A DNA stretch of 64,000 bases. It comes from Eledone cirrhosa. Taxonomy: Eukaryota. Both the position numbers and the translations under genes were made by a program. Location: NCBI GenBank assembly GCA_964016885.1, contig OZ024740.1, positions 193,688,001 through 193,752,000 of the forward strand, in the 5' to 3' direction. Under the pieces are notes generated by a model, which had not been told where the DNA came from, searched no databases, and worked only from the letters and a program-made list of their open reading frames with translations. Of the stretch, positions 43,621-57,199 are shown in pieces; position 1 is the first letter of the stretch; each line of letters opens with the position of its first letter.

Positions 43621-45364
43621 GATAGGAATATATAAAAAGTTAAATCAAATATTTGAAATAAAATGGAAGAAAATTTAATGAAATGCAAACATGAAATCTA
43701 ACAATTAATAAAGAATTGCAGATATCTACTCTCCATATGTAGGTTAAATCATAATTCTGAGGCAAAATATTTATGTTTCATTTTTAGGCAGTAATATTTC
43801 AAAGGTGACATTCTAAATTATAATATTTGTAGAAGAAGATTATATTTGTGTAACTCTTTATGATGTGCTAAAGCATATATTATTGTACTTAGTAAAGAAT
43901 ATAGAGAACTACGATGGCATAATATATTACTCTTCCATAGCAAAGTATAATACACTTCGTAAACGCTAACAATTACATAATGCTCTGAAAAGTGGTATAC
44001 TCACTTAACTTTAGAATATGAGTGGAATTTAAATTATTGACAACAAAACGATGACAATCAAATGTGGCATAAATCCATTTTAGACACTTAATGTAAAGAA
44101 CATATTATATCTCTCATACGTTTTGTCCTGTATAGTAACTATATATTTGATGTTACTTCTAACAGCAACCTATGCTAAGTATACTTCTTTGTTAACCCTC
44201 AGCTCAATTGCCCCATCCATATTCAATGTAGGTATCCTCCACCAGATATGATCTCCCTCTAATAACAGAAAACTTATTAAACATCACGCAAGGCGACCAT
44301 GGAAATTTCTTTTTTTTTTACAACGCAAGTGCTACGCTCAGGTAGTTATATTACACAACCCCTGTACTAGAAAAAATTATGCAGTAAGACTTTCTTTTCC
44401 ACATGATTGCTGGACATACCAATCTCAGATGCTCTCTAACGTCGACTTCAAATGAATAGTATTTCTAAATCTACGTCTTGAAAACTAGGTGTATGATTTG
44501 GGGCCAACCAATACGACGTCACATATCGAATCATCTACATCAATAATTTAAATAAAATCAACATTGGAATATGTTAGAAAATCACGCTGCACAACGGCCA
44601 AATACAGCAACAAAAAGAAAAGCAATGGATTGACTACTTAAGATTTATAAATCAACAGCCTTTATTTTATTTACAAATGCTCTCGTCTTTTTTTTTTCTC
44701 TATCTCTTCTACTGCAACTCTCACGCCCTTTTCCCCTCTGCAATATATGAATTTGGTTGATGCACTTTTCAGATATTCACTGTCATTTATATATAAATTA
44801 TCCTTCATCCCTCTTCCAAAAACGCGTACTACTAAATTACCTTAAAACATTGGGTAATTACCACTATCTCAGCATATCTAGATCTCTAAATATTCACAAT
44901 CAGAACCATCTGCATCCATCTCATCTCATCAGAAGCGGCTGTATATGTCATGAAAACTGCTAATCGACATTGTTGAATAGCGTGTACAATTGAAATATTC
45001 AGCATTTAATTTTAATGTCACATCTATTAGTGTTCAACTAAATTGTATGTCTAGAAAAGAGAATCAAAACAGTTTATTAGTATTTAAACATTCAATACAC
45101 TTTTATTGAAATAAGTGATTATGCTTGTTATTTTTACGTCTTCTGGAATTTTTCTATACAAAATATTGAATGGGGAAATTATACTTTAGATTATTCTAAT
45201 TTCAAATTATCTGGGAATATTGCAATTTTAATTTAGATATATTAACAGTTTTTGTCAATGTATTAAGAGCGACAAAACAGTTTACATTTGTACGGATATA
45301 AATGCGATCTTCTTTAATGAACATAATAGAAAATACATTGTATAAAGACAAAAACATGCGGGTG

Positions 45365-45442
<78 letters not shown>

Positions 45443-46099
45443 GCGTGTGTGTGAGAGAGAGAGAGAGAAACAGTGTGCGTGCGTGTATGTACATGTGTGT
45501 ATATGAGCGTGTGTGTGTTGTGTATATGTGTGATCATGTGCAGAGTTAGATTATGCGCTAATGTTTTAAGGCTATTTCAAAATAGGATTTTTTCAATTGT
45601 TTAACTTTTCACTCTGTATCAATATTAATAAATAATTCGAACTACTGCTAAATAATTTCAGCTGCTTTTAACAATGTCCATCTGTTTTTAGTATTTGAAT
45701 ATTTACCCATATGCCATTATGAATGTATATGTCTATAAACCACATCATATATCAAACTATAAAAATTAAAAAGATATCTCATTATATATGCATATATATA
45801 TATATATATATATATATGCGATTTATAAAATTGCTTCAATCTCTTCCAAAATTCTGTTGTTAAATTCAACTTCAAATGTGATATAGCATATTGAAAAATA
45901 TAATATTCTTCCTGATGGTACGTGTGGTATATAAATATACATTAGGGTAAGCGTAGAACGTATGCTATCCTTTCTCACAAGGCACGAACGTTCATAAAAA
46001 TAGGAGTTAAAGGGCACCACGTACATAAAAATAGGAGTTAAAGGGCACCACGCTCTAATATGTACTACATAGATTTTAGTCTCATTATAATATAACTGA

Positions 46100-46265
46100 A
46101 GGGTGGTGGATAGGTAGTTGATTTAGAGTGTTGTCCAATATGCTTTTCGGAAGGTAGTTACGGCCCTTTTCTTTCTCAGTTCAAATCCCACCACGGTTAG
46201 CTTTGGCTTTCATCCTTACGGGGTAGATAAAATAAAGTACTAGTGCCTATAGTAGAAATCATTAT
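46100..46265 (+). repeat. Diverged SINE copy
   Basis: gttcaaatccc..ctttcatccttacgggg..ataaaataaagtac. Confidence 0.7.
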
Positions 46266-47479
46266 AATATAACTGACCCATTATAGAAAATTCATTATCG
46301 TATCGGAAATACAATATCTGTTAGTGGTTTTCTTTCAAGAATTGATAATGCAAAAGCAGTATTGATTTTTATATATATTATATTGTAATTTAATATTCAT
46401 TTGAATATTATTCACTCTAAGTACGATTTTAGATAATTACGTAAGAAAATAAGAAAAGAAAATATAAATTTTATAATGTTAATCATTTATGCCCGGGTAT
46501 TTTTTCAGCCACAATACATTACCTGTGATTATTTTATTGGCAAAAGGATTCACGAAAAACAAAACTCAACGACAATGTCATTTTATCAAAACGTTCGACT
46601 TCTTTGGTTTGCTGTGGACGTTTGAGAATTTGCTATTCTAAACAGAGTCAATTATCCAGATTTTGAACGAAAGACAAATATAGATTTAACTAAATCATTC
46701 AATATTCTGGGAAGAGAAAATAGGAAGCTGTGTTGAATAGGGTTTCAATTAAACTGAAGGTATTTATATACAAAAAAATCCAAAGAAATCCATTTTGACT
46801 ATGTTTACATTGTACTGTTGACCAAAACGATGTCAGTGCTTATAACGAGTATGATCTTATTAATGTTAACATCGACTTTGAAGAAATTTGAACATTGGTA
46901 TAAAACACCAAATATTCTCCGTCCGATTATCTATTGTCTCTGCTATCCCACCCAAAATACTATTGAAGAGCATTCCGATCTTGCCCGGCTAAAATAAATA
47001 TATCTGATATATTACAATCAAGTCCACTAAAAATATTATTACTTCACGATATACTACATTTTCAAAACAACAAAGCAAATTTTATTTCGATACGTTAGCT
47101 GATTTATATAACAGTAGTTACACATTTACTATTTGCCTCACTTGGACAAGTGGACTCTAGCAATACTGTGATCAATATTAGTTATTTTTTATGTTAAACA
47201 CTGCAAATAACGTTGTTAACAGTTATAAATGCGATTTAGTTTGCTAGTATTTATAACTAGGTAGCATGGACAAGAAACACACAACTTGCCAAATATTCAA
47301 AGGAACCGATTTAGTATATATAAATGGGAAAACGGGCAGCCTTAAAATGACTAGCTGGAATACATGATTGCATATAATATTTCTTTGTTTTGTGTGTATT
47401 AATGAAACTTAAATTCTAGTATGAAGGTAATCTATACTAAACATATGCATACGTATTATCTATCTTATATTAAATATTA

Positions 47480-48620
47480 CGATTCTATTGTATCAGATGT
47501 ACAGCAAGAATCACAACCTACTGACCCTATAATTTTCGTATATCTGCCTACTCTGGATGTTCCACCATTTTCCCTCCATTTTTCTTAATGCAACTCATCC
47601 AATACCTTCACAGTCCTCACAATCTTCGTTTAACCGTTTTTCCATAATTGGTCATATTTGCTAAATTATGAGTGTCCTTACGTCGTGGTATGTGACTAGA
47701 GCATTTCATTTCCCAACATTTGACAATTTAAAATCCTCAATCTATCTTTCTTCGGTATCTAACGTACATGATATCACACCCGTAAACTTTTGTTGTTTCT
47801 ATATGTTTTCAAACTGCGTCTAACATTTGCTATCGCAGCTGTAACTGCAACAAATGGCGATCTACTTGTTGATTGATCTCATATCATCCATTATTGTTAT
47901 TCACAAATATTTAAATTCATTGACCTGATTAACATATTTTTCCTATCTAAATTGTATTGATTATTTTCTTTTTGTTTTAGTAGTTATCAATATTATGCGT
48001 TTTCAACATTTACCACCATGCTATATACCTTTGACTCCTATTTTAGGTTGTTCTATAAATTCAGTGTCATCAACAAAACAGAAATTACTCATTTTCCATC
48101 AAACACCCATCAACGGACGCATTAATTGTCCTCAGTATGTATTTTAGAAACGCAATTAATAAGATGGGTATATCTCACCTCTGTTTACGTAATTGCATCT
48201 AGGTGTTTGAATGCTTATATTAAGATTTTAAAAGATTTATTATCGATAGAGTCATATCATATTCCCGCAAATATACCATAACGTGCCACGCCGCAGATAA
48301 TCAACAGCTTCCTTGGTATTAATGCAGTTGTGGTAACCGATATTTGAAATATTCTTCTGCTAAGATATTAACGGTACAAACCTCTTTAACGGTGTTTCTC
48401 CTTTCTCGGAAAACAACTAAGTTTTGTTTTTCATTCCCAGAGTTAACGCGTGTATGAAGTGTTTGAAGAATACATAATTAGACTGAGCTACTTTAGAGGC
48501 TACCTCAAAATTTACTGTCTTCTCATTTAATATCCCTTTACAATCATGGTGAAGTAAATGTTTGTTACAGATTGGTAACACGTAAACACGTGACATTGTA
48601 AAAATTGCTGAAAATATTTG
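47480..48620 (-). mobile_element. Highly decayed RTE-like LINE RT/3' fragment
   Basis: Minus-strand remnants FRERRN, NFCFVDDT (ADD motif), QVNEFKYL, SHIPRRK. Confidence 0.5.
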
Positions 48621-49430
48621 CTCTACATGCCTCTACTTACTTTAAATCCAAAGTGCATAGAACTTTATCATTTAAAATATTCCATCGCCTACTAAATGAG
48701 AAACACTCGAAATTAATATTTTTAAAATTAAAATTCAGTGAAAAGTCTTTAAAAATCCTCTTGACCCTCCTAATATTTCTAACTTTAATGTTTCTTTCAA
48801 TTGGATGTCATCATTATTCAACGACTGCGAATCACTTATTTCAGTACTATTGCCAATGTTTGCTGCATTAATATTTCCCTGGCTATAACGTGATAAGATT
48901 AGCAAAGAATTCTTTCTTGAATAGAATAGCATATATATATAATTTGTACAACTACAGCATCAGCAAAAATGATTAGATATAATACGAACATTTTCCCTCG
49001 TGTTTCACAATACAGTATCATTATACACGTAGACATATTTCTGCGAAACTGAACAGTTTAAGCCGTTTATTATGTAAAGAAAATCGTAATCAGATATATC
49101 ATAAAACAATATTTGGCATAGCATATTGAACGCACCTCATAGTAATTTTGTTATTATCCATAACTTTTCTTTCTGCTAGAATATCATTACTCTGCAAAAC
49201 CTTGGTGCATTAAATTTACGGCATATCTACATGTCACCAGTCACAGCTGTTATTTTTGACATTTACTGAAGATAGAAATGTCACACATAGCATTTACATA
49301 CGATGGAATGCAAGGAATAGTATTAATCATGCATGATGTATATGTGAAGCCAGCTATACATAATCACATTTCATATTTTTCAGAAAATGTGTATCCTAAA
49401 TTTTAAATAGGAGATATAATATATCATTAA

Positions 49431-50633
49431 CTAGCATTAAAGCCCGGCGTTGCTCGGGGTCATTATGTTACCAAAGTTAGGTTGCACGACCCATTTTATG
49501 GCAGCACGTTTTTGTCTGCCAGGCACTGGGTGAATGAATTGCAGACCTGGAAGCAGGAGCTGCGCCAGCAGTGACAATTGTAGTTTCGCCTATGGATATT
49601 ATCTCTGTGCAAAAAAGTGTTGAAATTTATTGTTTCACAGTACTTGCGCAACACGCGCGTAGACGATGCCAGCCGAACAACAGAGCTGCGATGGAGTTGT
49701 TCTGCATGGTTGTCTGTGTGTTTTCTTAATTTAAGACAGTAGGGAGGGTTGTGATATGAGGGAGAGTTAGCTGTTGTTTCTAGCAGGTTTAGTGACCTCA
49801 TAGAGGATATATTTTCTAAATTTAAGACAGTAGGGATGGGTGTGATATGGGGGAGAGTTAGCTGCTGTTTCTAGCAGCTTTAGTAACCTCATAGAGGATA
49901 TGTGTTTTCTAAATTTAAGACAGTAGTGAGTGGTGTGATATGGGGGAGAGTTAGCTTCTGTTTCTAGCAGGTTTAGTGACCTCATAGAAGATATGTTTTC
50001 TAAATTTAAGACAGTAGGGAGGGGTGTGGTATGGGGGAGAGTTAGCTGCTGTTTCTAGCAGGTTTAGTGACCTCATAGACGATATTATTATTTATCATTA
50101 TCTATAAAAGGCAGATTGTTGTTGTTGTTGAAGTGAGTGTGTGTTTGTATGCGTTTGGAAAAGAGGTTTTAAAAAAGATTTATCGCTTGTTGTTGAATAA
50201 ATGTATCTGTTGCTTTTGAATAATTGTCGTTTCGTATGAAATGTAATAATTTGAAGTATAAAAGAAAAAGTAGCAAAATGTGTGACTGGTAGATAGAGGG
50301 AAGCAGATGATATGACAGAGTAATACGGACAGTATCACCATCAAGCTTGGAAAGAGAAAGTAGCAGAAAGTATGAAGTTGTATAGATTTTGAATTGTAGT
50401 GGAAAGAGTTTAGCAGTTTAAATGACAGAGAAAAATCGTAAAATATTGAGTTTTATCTATTTTTTGCGTAATTGTGGGTGAAATTGAAAACATTATCTGC
50501 GTCAAGACGCAATCGAAACTATTTCGAATACTGAATGGTAAATTTCAATTGAAGAAATTCTATATCGTAGATTTCTATAACGAAGGAGCTTGACCACACA
50601 CTCAGCTTTATAGATTATGATGATTATATAGAT
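49431..50633 (-). mobile_element. Non-autonomous Helitron with internal minisatellite
   Basis: Minus-strand 3' end ccccgagcaacgccgggc hairpin + CTAG (49431-49460), same terminus as at 60708; TC-type 5' end near 50632. Confidence 0.7.
49721..50085. repeat. Four tandem ~92-bp units
   Basis: ttttctaaatttaagacagtagg...gagagttagctg..gtttctagcaggtttagtgacctcatag repeated. Confidence 0.9.
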
Positions 50634-51414
50634 ACTGCATATATCTATTTCTCAGCATATATAAATAGAAAGCTTTTAAAAAATTTGTTTTCATTACACG
50701 CCTTTCAACGTATCACAGTGACACATACATAGAACGGGTTATACAGGCCATGAGACATAATACATACGACTATTTTATACGAGTGATGAGAATGAAAGTC
50801 AAAACAGAATTAATGGAAAAATGATTCTATTCACAGAGCTTATCACAAAAGGCGTTTAATCTAACGCTTGTACGAACGTATACCATTTCACTAAAGAACG
50901 TCGTGCTTATGTATAATTTCACATTTAATATTTCCTCACAAAAGTAAAAGAAACATTTTGTAAGTTGTTTATTTCTACATAATGTAATATAAATGGTAGC
51001 TAAAAAATACAACATTTGTGTATTGTCTCACTGACCTCTTTGCTTATATTATGTAAGAAGCGTGACAATTAATGCGTCTGATATTTACCTATTCATTTTT
51101 ATTCATAATTTAAGGTGCATATTTCGACTCTATATTTTTCACATAAAATGTTCCAGCATTGCTTTATACTTTATCGATATATTTTTTTTTTTTTTTAAAT
51201 GTCTAATTTGTTTTACCGTTGATTAAATATTTTAATCAAAAATAAAGAAAAGATCGAATTAACGTTTACGTTTTCTTATATCAAATTAGAATGAAAATTA
51301 AGTTGCCCTATCTCCGCAATTCCCAACGAAGATATGTTTATATTTAAAAAACAATATGTACTATAAATTGGTAAATAATATGATATGAATATTTTAGTTT
51401 ATATTATATTTTCA

Positions 51415-51598
51415 ATAATTGTTTCTCCTTTAGGCACCAGGCCATCAATTACCCAGTGCATTACTGGTACTTTATTTTATCGACCCCGTAAGAATGAAAG
51501 GCAAAGTCAACCTCGGCGGGATTTGAACTCAGATCATAAAGGGACGTAACTATGCTGGAAAGCATGGCGTCCGACCCTCTACCGATACTGCCAATCCA
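51415..51598 (-). repeat. SINE copy
   Basis: Full-length match to the family at 8520-9100. Confidence 0.85.
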
Positions 51599-51919
51599 TG
51601 TTATTATTTTGAACTCCCCATTAGAATATTAAACTACGATTGTGTCCCGCTGAATTGCGATGCTTGTGTGTCAATCTATACAAATTTGTATTCATCATTT
51701 ATGAATAGATTCCCTTAACTGGTTATGCTGTTTAAAAGTGAAATAAAAATTCTTAATTTCGGAACCTATGTTATATAACATGAATTTCCAGCGAGATTAT
51801 TTGAGAATCCTGTCTCAGTCTATTTTAATTTAGTGTAGGCTTAGATTATTTTGTCGTAGTTTTGAAGAAAAGAAAATATATCCCTCGCTCCCCCTCTCTC
51901 TCTCTATATATATATATAG

Positions 51920-52108
51920 TAATTGTTTCTACTTTAGGCACAAGGCCAGCAATTATCCCGTGCATTACTGGTACTTTATTTTATCGACCCCGTAAGGATG
52001 AAAGGCAAGGTCAACCACGGCGGGATTTGAACTCAGATCGTAAAGGGACGTAACTATGCTGGAAAGCATGGCGTCCGACCCTCTACCGATACTGCCAATC
52101 CACCGCCC
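51920..52108 (-). repeat. SINE copy
   Basis: Full-length match, head ggcggtggattggcagtatcgg. Confidence 0.85.
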
Positions 52109-52129
52109 TATATATATATATATATAGTA

Positions 52130-53352
52130 ATAATAATAAATGTGAAGACTAAAATCCAAAGAGGGCTCGATAAGGATAAATATATATCAGATATATAAGA
52201 ACCGGCTTGTAAACATAAATTGCACAAAACTTTCCGGTATTACTGCCCCACATTACCCTAACGGATAGTACGAACAGTACGCGGATATTTTACGTCTTGA
52301 TGTGGTAGCTAAGTATATGTTATGTTTATACCATTACTTATTTGTATAGGTAAGTATATATTACCTGTATGTTTTGTGAAGGTACGTATACTTGCTTGTA
52401 TATGTTATGGCGTATATATTATATATACTGGTACATGTGCATTTGGTTATGTGTATACGTGAGTTTGCGTCTGTGTGAGTATGCGGGTTCGTACGTATGT
52501 AGGGTGTGTGTATATGTGTACTTTGTGTTTTGGTTGACGTTGGTCTGCGAACATATGTATATTTACATGTAGGTATGTGTGCGCGCGCGTTATATACTTA
52601 TTTATGTGTGTATAATTATATATATTATGTATACACGCACGCACACACACACATATATATATATTTTTTTACATATATTTTTATGTGTATTTGGTGTATA
52701 CGTTCGTATGTGTAAGGTAGAGGCGTTGCGTAGTTTCTGTATGTGCGTGCGGGTTTTTTTGTGTACGTGCTTGTATTTGCATACCCATGGCGAGTGTTTT
52801 CGCGTATGCTTGTGTATGTACGTATATGGATGCGTGTATATATATGTTTAATTTCAAATACCGCTGTATTGTATTTACTTTATTCTTAACTCTGAAGCCG
52901 AGAATCATTCGGTTTCCTAAATAGAATTTTAGTCTACGACTTCATTTATAGCATTTACGTAGTTTTTTTCTTTGTGTGCAATTGTTCTCCACGATCCACA
53001 TAATGACGTATTATCTTCGTTTTTCCCGTTCATTGCCAGAGAACGTCTCCATGAACCACCTTATAGGATATTAGTCTACGAATTCATTTATACCATAAAC
53101 GTGGTTTTGTTTTTGCGTGTAATTGTTTTCACCGCACCAAATTATGACGTGTTTTTCTTCGTTTTTTTCCGTTCTTTGCCAGGGAACGTTTCCACGAACC
53201 AAAGTATCGTCTTCCTGTCTTCCTTCGGTTGCAACGTTTTTTGAAATATTTACTTTTGCGTTCACAGATTGACTTTTCTAGTTTCAGAAGATCCCGTTAA
53301 GGTTGAAAGCAGCTATTCTTTGCCTAAACATTAATCTGTTATTTTAATATAT
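52130..53352 (+). mobile_element. PLE pseudo-LTR remnant with inverted 5' tail and decayed hammerhead (~53285-53315)
   Basis: Left end and right end match the 25120-25272 fragment in opposite orientations; cAGAAGA-tccc(gttaa)ggtt-GAAA-gcagc-TA. Confidence 0.6.
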
Positions 53353-53632
53353 AAATATATATATATATACAGAGAGAGAAGTTAGTTTTCTTTTTGGTGG
53401 TAAAATCAAACTTGTAAACTAATTATCAACTCTTAAACTTCTAATCTCAACCAATGGTAAGTATCATTTATGTAGATCCAGAGATATGTGGATATCCTTT
53501 ATTCAGCTTATCAATCCGCTTTCTTTAATTCAATATTATCACAATATGTAAGAATTATTCATTTTCTGAGGATTTGTTGTGGTGTGATGTCTTAAGTGTT
53601 GTGAGAATGTATGCTTTTCCTACCACATTTAA

Positions 53633-53670
<38 letters not shown>

Positions 53671-53885
53671 GTTTGTGTGTGTGTGTGTTGTGTGTGTGTG
53701 CGTGTGTGTGTGTGTGTGTGTGTATGTGTGTGTGTCTGTCTGTTTGTATGTGTATGTGTTTGTGTGTATTGTAATCCTTATGTGTACAGCATGTATAGAA
53801 TATTCTGGAAGAGTGGATTCAGTTGAATCAGTGGTTTATATCCATCAACCAGTTTGTTTCATATATCCGGAAATACTGTAATAAT

Positions 53886-53998
53886 TGTTTCTACTTTTGG
53901 CCCAAGGCCATCAATTACCAGTACATTACTGGTACTTTATTTTATCGACCCCGTAAGGATGAAAGGCAAAGTTAACCTCGGCGGGATTTGAACTTAGA
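53886..53998 (-). repeat. 5'-truncated SINE with 19-bp target-site duplication
   Basis: ccggaaatactgtaataat at 53867-53885 and 53999-54017. Confidence 0.85.
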
Positions 53999-55711
53999 CC
54001 GGAAATACTGTAATAATGATCACGTTTCCTGTTCACGTTTCCTTAGAGGGGTGAATATGATTATCTAAATTAACAGAACGTAGACAAATTATTTACCTTT
54101 ACTAATGCATAGATCGGTGACCGCTGCCAGGGTTCCACACTGAAAATCTCTACATATGAATAGAAATATTGGATTTGTTTATGTACTCAACAACATGAAT
54201 GTTTATTCATTATAACTCTGTTCTACACAGATTTAGCATAGAGGTGATATACAAATATTAATTTATACTCCTTATATTCGAACCTAAATCATTAATGCCA
54301 AATTTATTCATGTTAAAATAAATATTAGAGTGATATCTCTTGATTTTCCTATGCAATTTTAATGTTCGATACCACCCCATAGAGTCAACAGCTCAAATGG
54401 AATACCTTATATTTATATACATCAAAATATCATACATTAGTTGATTTGAAATTCCAGATTATTTTATATTTTGTAAATATTTGAAACAAATAGAAGGTAT
54501 ATTTATGTAGATAATAACTATACATCAATATATTGTGTCTTCATATATAAAACACGTTTTCGAAAATGATGTTTGTTTGTGGCGAAATATGAACAAGAAA
54601 TCATCATACATTTCGCTACATTTAAGATTTGAGAATTCTACCAATTTTCGAACTCCACCAAGTTATAATAGTGTTGAGAAAATTTGTTAGACACTATTTC
54701 TTTGATCAAATCTCGGTCCCGTATTATTAATTAGTTTGAAATGATCATTGATTTGCTTGCGATTAATTTTGTTATTTTTTTCAATTTGTGATATTTGTGA
54801 ATGAACATCTTCGTCGTCATAAATACCATTTTTCTATTTTCTCGTTCATTTAATTTGGATCTAAATCTAATATTTCAAAGGAATTGCATTTCGAATTTTG
54901 GTCACGTGATATTGTATTATTCAGTTTTCATTTTCTGCAAGAACAAAACCACTTGAAAAACAGTTGAAATTACTTCCAGTTTTGCTTTGGTGTTTGGGGA
55001 GTTCATCGCAAATTATTATTTAGTTTCGTCCAACGTTTTTAAACGTTTTCTTTTATGTAAGTATTTTTTGCATTTGCAATTCAATACCAGTAATTACATT
55101 ACCATTTGATGTGAAGCAAATTAAGACTTGCGTTAACTGTGTTAGAAAGGAAAGAAATATTGGTGAAATTGTGTTCCCATAAGAAATTCGCAACATCAAA
55201 CGGATACATTTTAGAAATATAAATTTAGTTTGTTTCCATAGGAATTGAATATTTAACATTATTTCAATTTTAGCTCATAACCTCTCATTATCATAGGAGA
55301 CGATTTATAAATAAGTCTTCAAAATTAATTCGGTTTCGCGATTATTTAAGTGCTATACGCCATCTGCCTTTATTCTGGGGAGTATTTGAATCAAAGGGAT
55401 ATACACACTCATACACACATCACACACATATGCACGTACACACACACACAGATATATATAAATATAGTTGTGTGTGGGTGTGTCGGTGTGTGGGTGTATG
55501 TGTGTGTGTGGGTGTGTGGGGTGTGGGGGTGAGAATGTGTATATCTAATGACACGAGGTATGTTTACGAATAAACATTTACAAATCCCTTTAACTATGAA
55601 TATTGATACTCATAAAAATATATAGTTTTTTCGCCCGCGTGCATCGTCTAATTAGCTTCATTTTCATATGGAGCTGTCAGGCCGGCTCAGCCTGAAAATA
55701 GAATTAATGTT

Positions 55712-55834
55712 TTCGCTCCGACATAGCTGTATACATATAAATATATTTATATGAATTTGTATATCTAATTATATACGGTGTATCATAGGATATACAAATT
55801 CACATACGTATATATACAGCTATGTCGGAGCGAA
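55712..55834. repeat. Fold-back MITE-like hairpin
   Basis: ttcgctccgacatagctgtata ... tatacagctatgtcggagcgaa plus inner arms. Confidence 0.75.
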
Positions 55835-56885
55835 AGCTGAAATATATCTATAACTTAATTCGTTTTGTGATATTTTGTAATTTTGCAATAATATACACGT
55901 ACTGAATTCATCCGCCAAAAATAAGGGTTGCCTAACTTGTCGAGCCACGCGTGGGTATTGTTAACGGTCAATCCTTGGCCTGGCACTTAAACTATAAGCC
56001 TGTTGAGAAAGTGACTTTCTTGTTCAATCATCTTACCAGAATCCTAACAGTATTTGTCTAAGCGGACAGTACTTGATTTAAGAGTAGCAGAAACCCAAAT
56101 GCTGGATTTTCAGCAACCATCCAGGGGTCCGGGTAAATTTTTCAATCAAATTTTTCAATTACATTTTTTTATTTGTTTGACCCGAATTACTTGGTCGTTT
56201 CTATGGCTGTGCGGATAATGGTTTAACCATCGTCTCAGTGTGTTTGGTCTTTTAACGTATACTGTAGCTCTGGTTCGTTAGAATTATTGAACGCTTGCAA
56301 CACATCTCGGAAGTTGTTTTTCGCTAATTTCCAAAGTTGAAAACGATTCTCTCTAATTTATATTTATAAGTATATAAGTATATCGACATAGACACATTGA
56401 GTATGTTCTAGTCCGCCGAGATTTCCCACTCGCTCAATTATTTCACTGGACCTGCAATTCAGAAGTTCACACATTTAGTTAGACAGCGGTAACATCGGTG
56501 CTGTATGCCAGCGTTACATGAGTCAGCCCATACGTGGCTCCTCTAATAATCGTTGGTTTCTTCCCTGCATCGCACGCCCTAGAGTGAAATTGCTCTACCC
56601 TGTGTGTGGAAGCCAGCTGTTAATTCTAGAACCACCCAGAAAAAAAAACATTCGTGGCCTAGACCGATACAGCAAGACATCGATGGGGTGAAGCCCTAGC
56701 CGTTCTATTGAAAAGGTTTGTTAGTGACTAAATAGGAATTCATGACAGCTAAACATGTCACTTGACTTCCGAAAGACAAATGAAAATGCCTAGGCGATAC
56801 AACCAATCAGATATCTAGGCGGTTAAATTTCAAACAGTTTGAAAGTATATCTTTATATATACTTTCAAACTGTGTGAAATTTAAC

Positions 56886-56918
<33 letters not shown>

Positions 56919-57199
56919 GTGTGTGTATATATATATATATATACAAACAGACATTACAAACACACACATATATATATACACACGCACACACACAAACACA
57001 CACGCACACACACATACGCTACACACACACCTATATAATATATATATATATAAGGAATTTGTAGTATACTTGAATACTTGAAGCTTTGATATACTATTTA
57101 TACTATGGTATAAATAATTCGAAGTTGGAAAGCTACGGCAATGTATGTTTGGACGAAGAGTAATTAACTTGTAAGAAATAGGACGTGTTTTTTTTTACC

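Noticed and set aside
45993-46052. 29-bp direct duplication
   Set aside because: Isolated local slippage; not an array
49721-50085. Regular repeats resembling a CRISPR array
   Set aside because: Whole units repeat with no unique spacers; eukaryotic context; no cas genes
56823-56884. ~28-bp hairpin next to (TA)n
   Set aside because: Too short to assign; probably another local snap-back or MITE end
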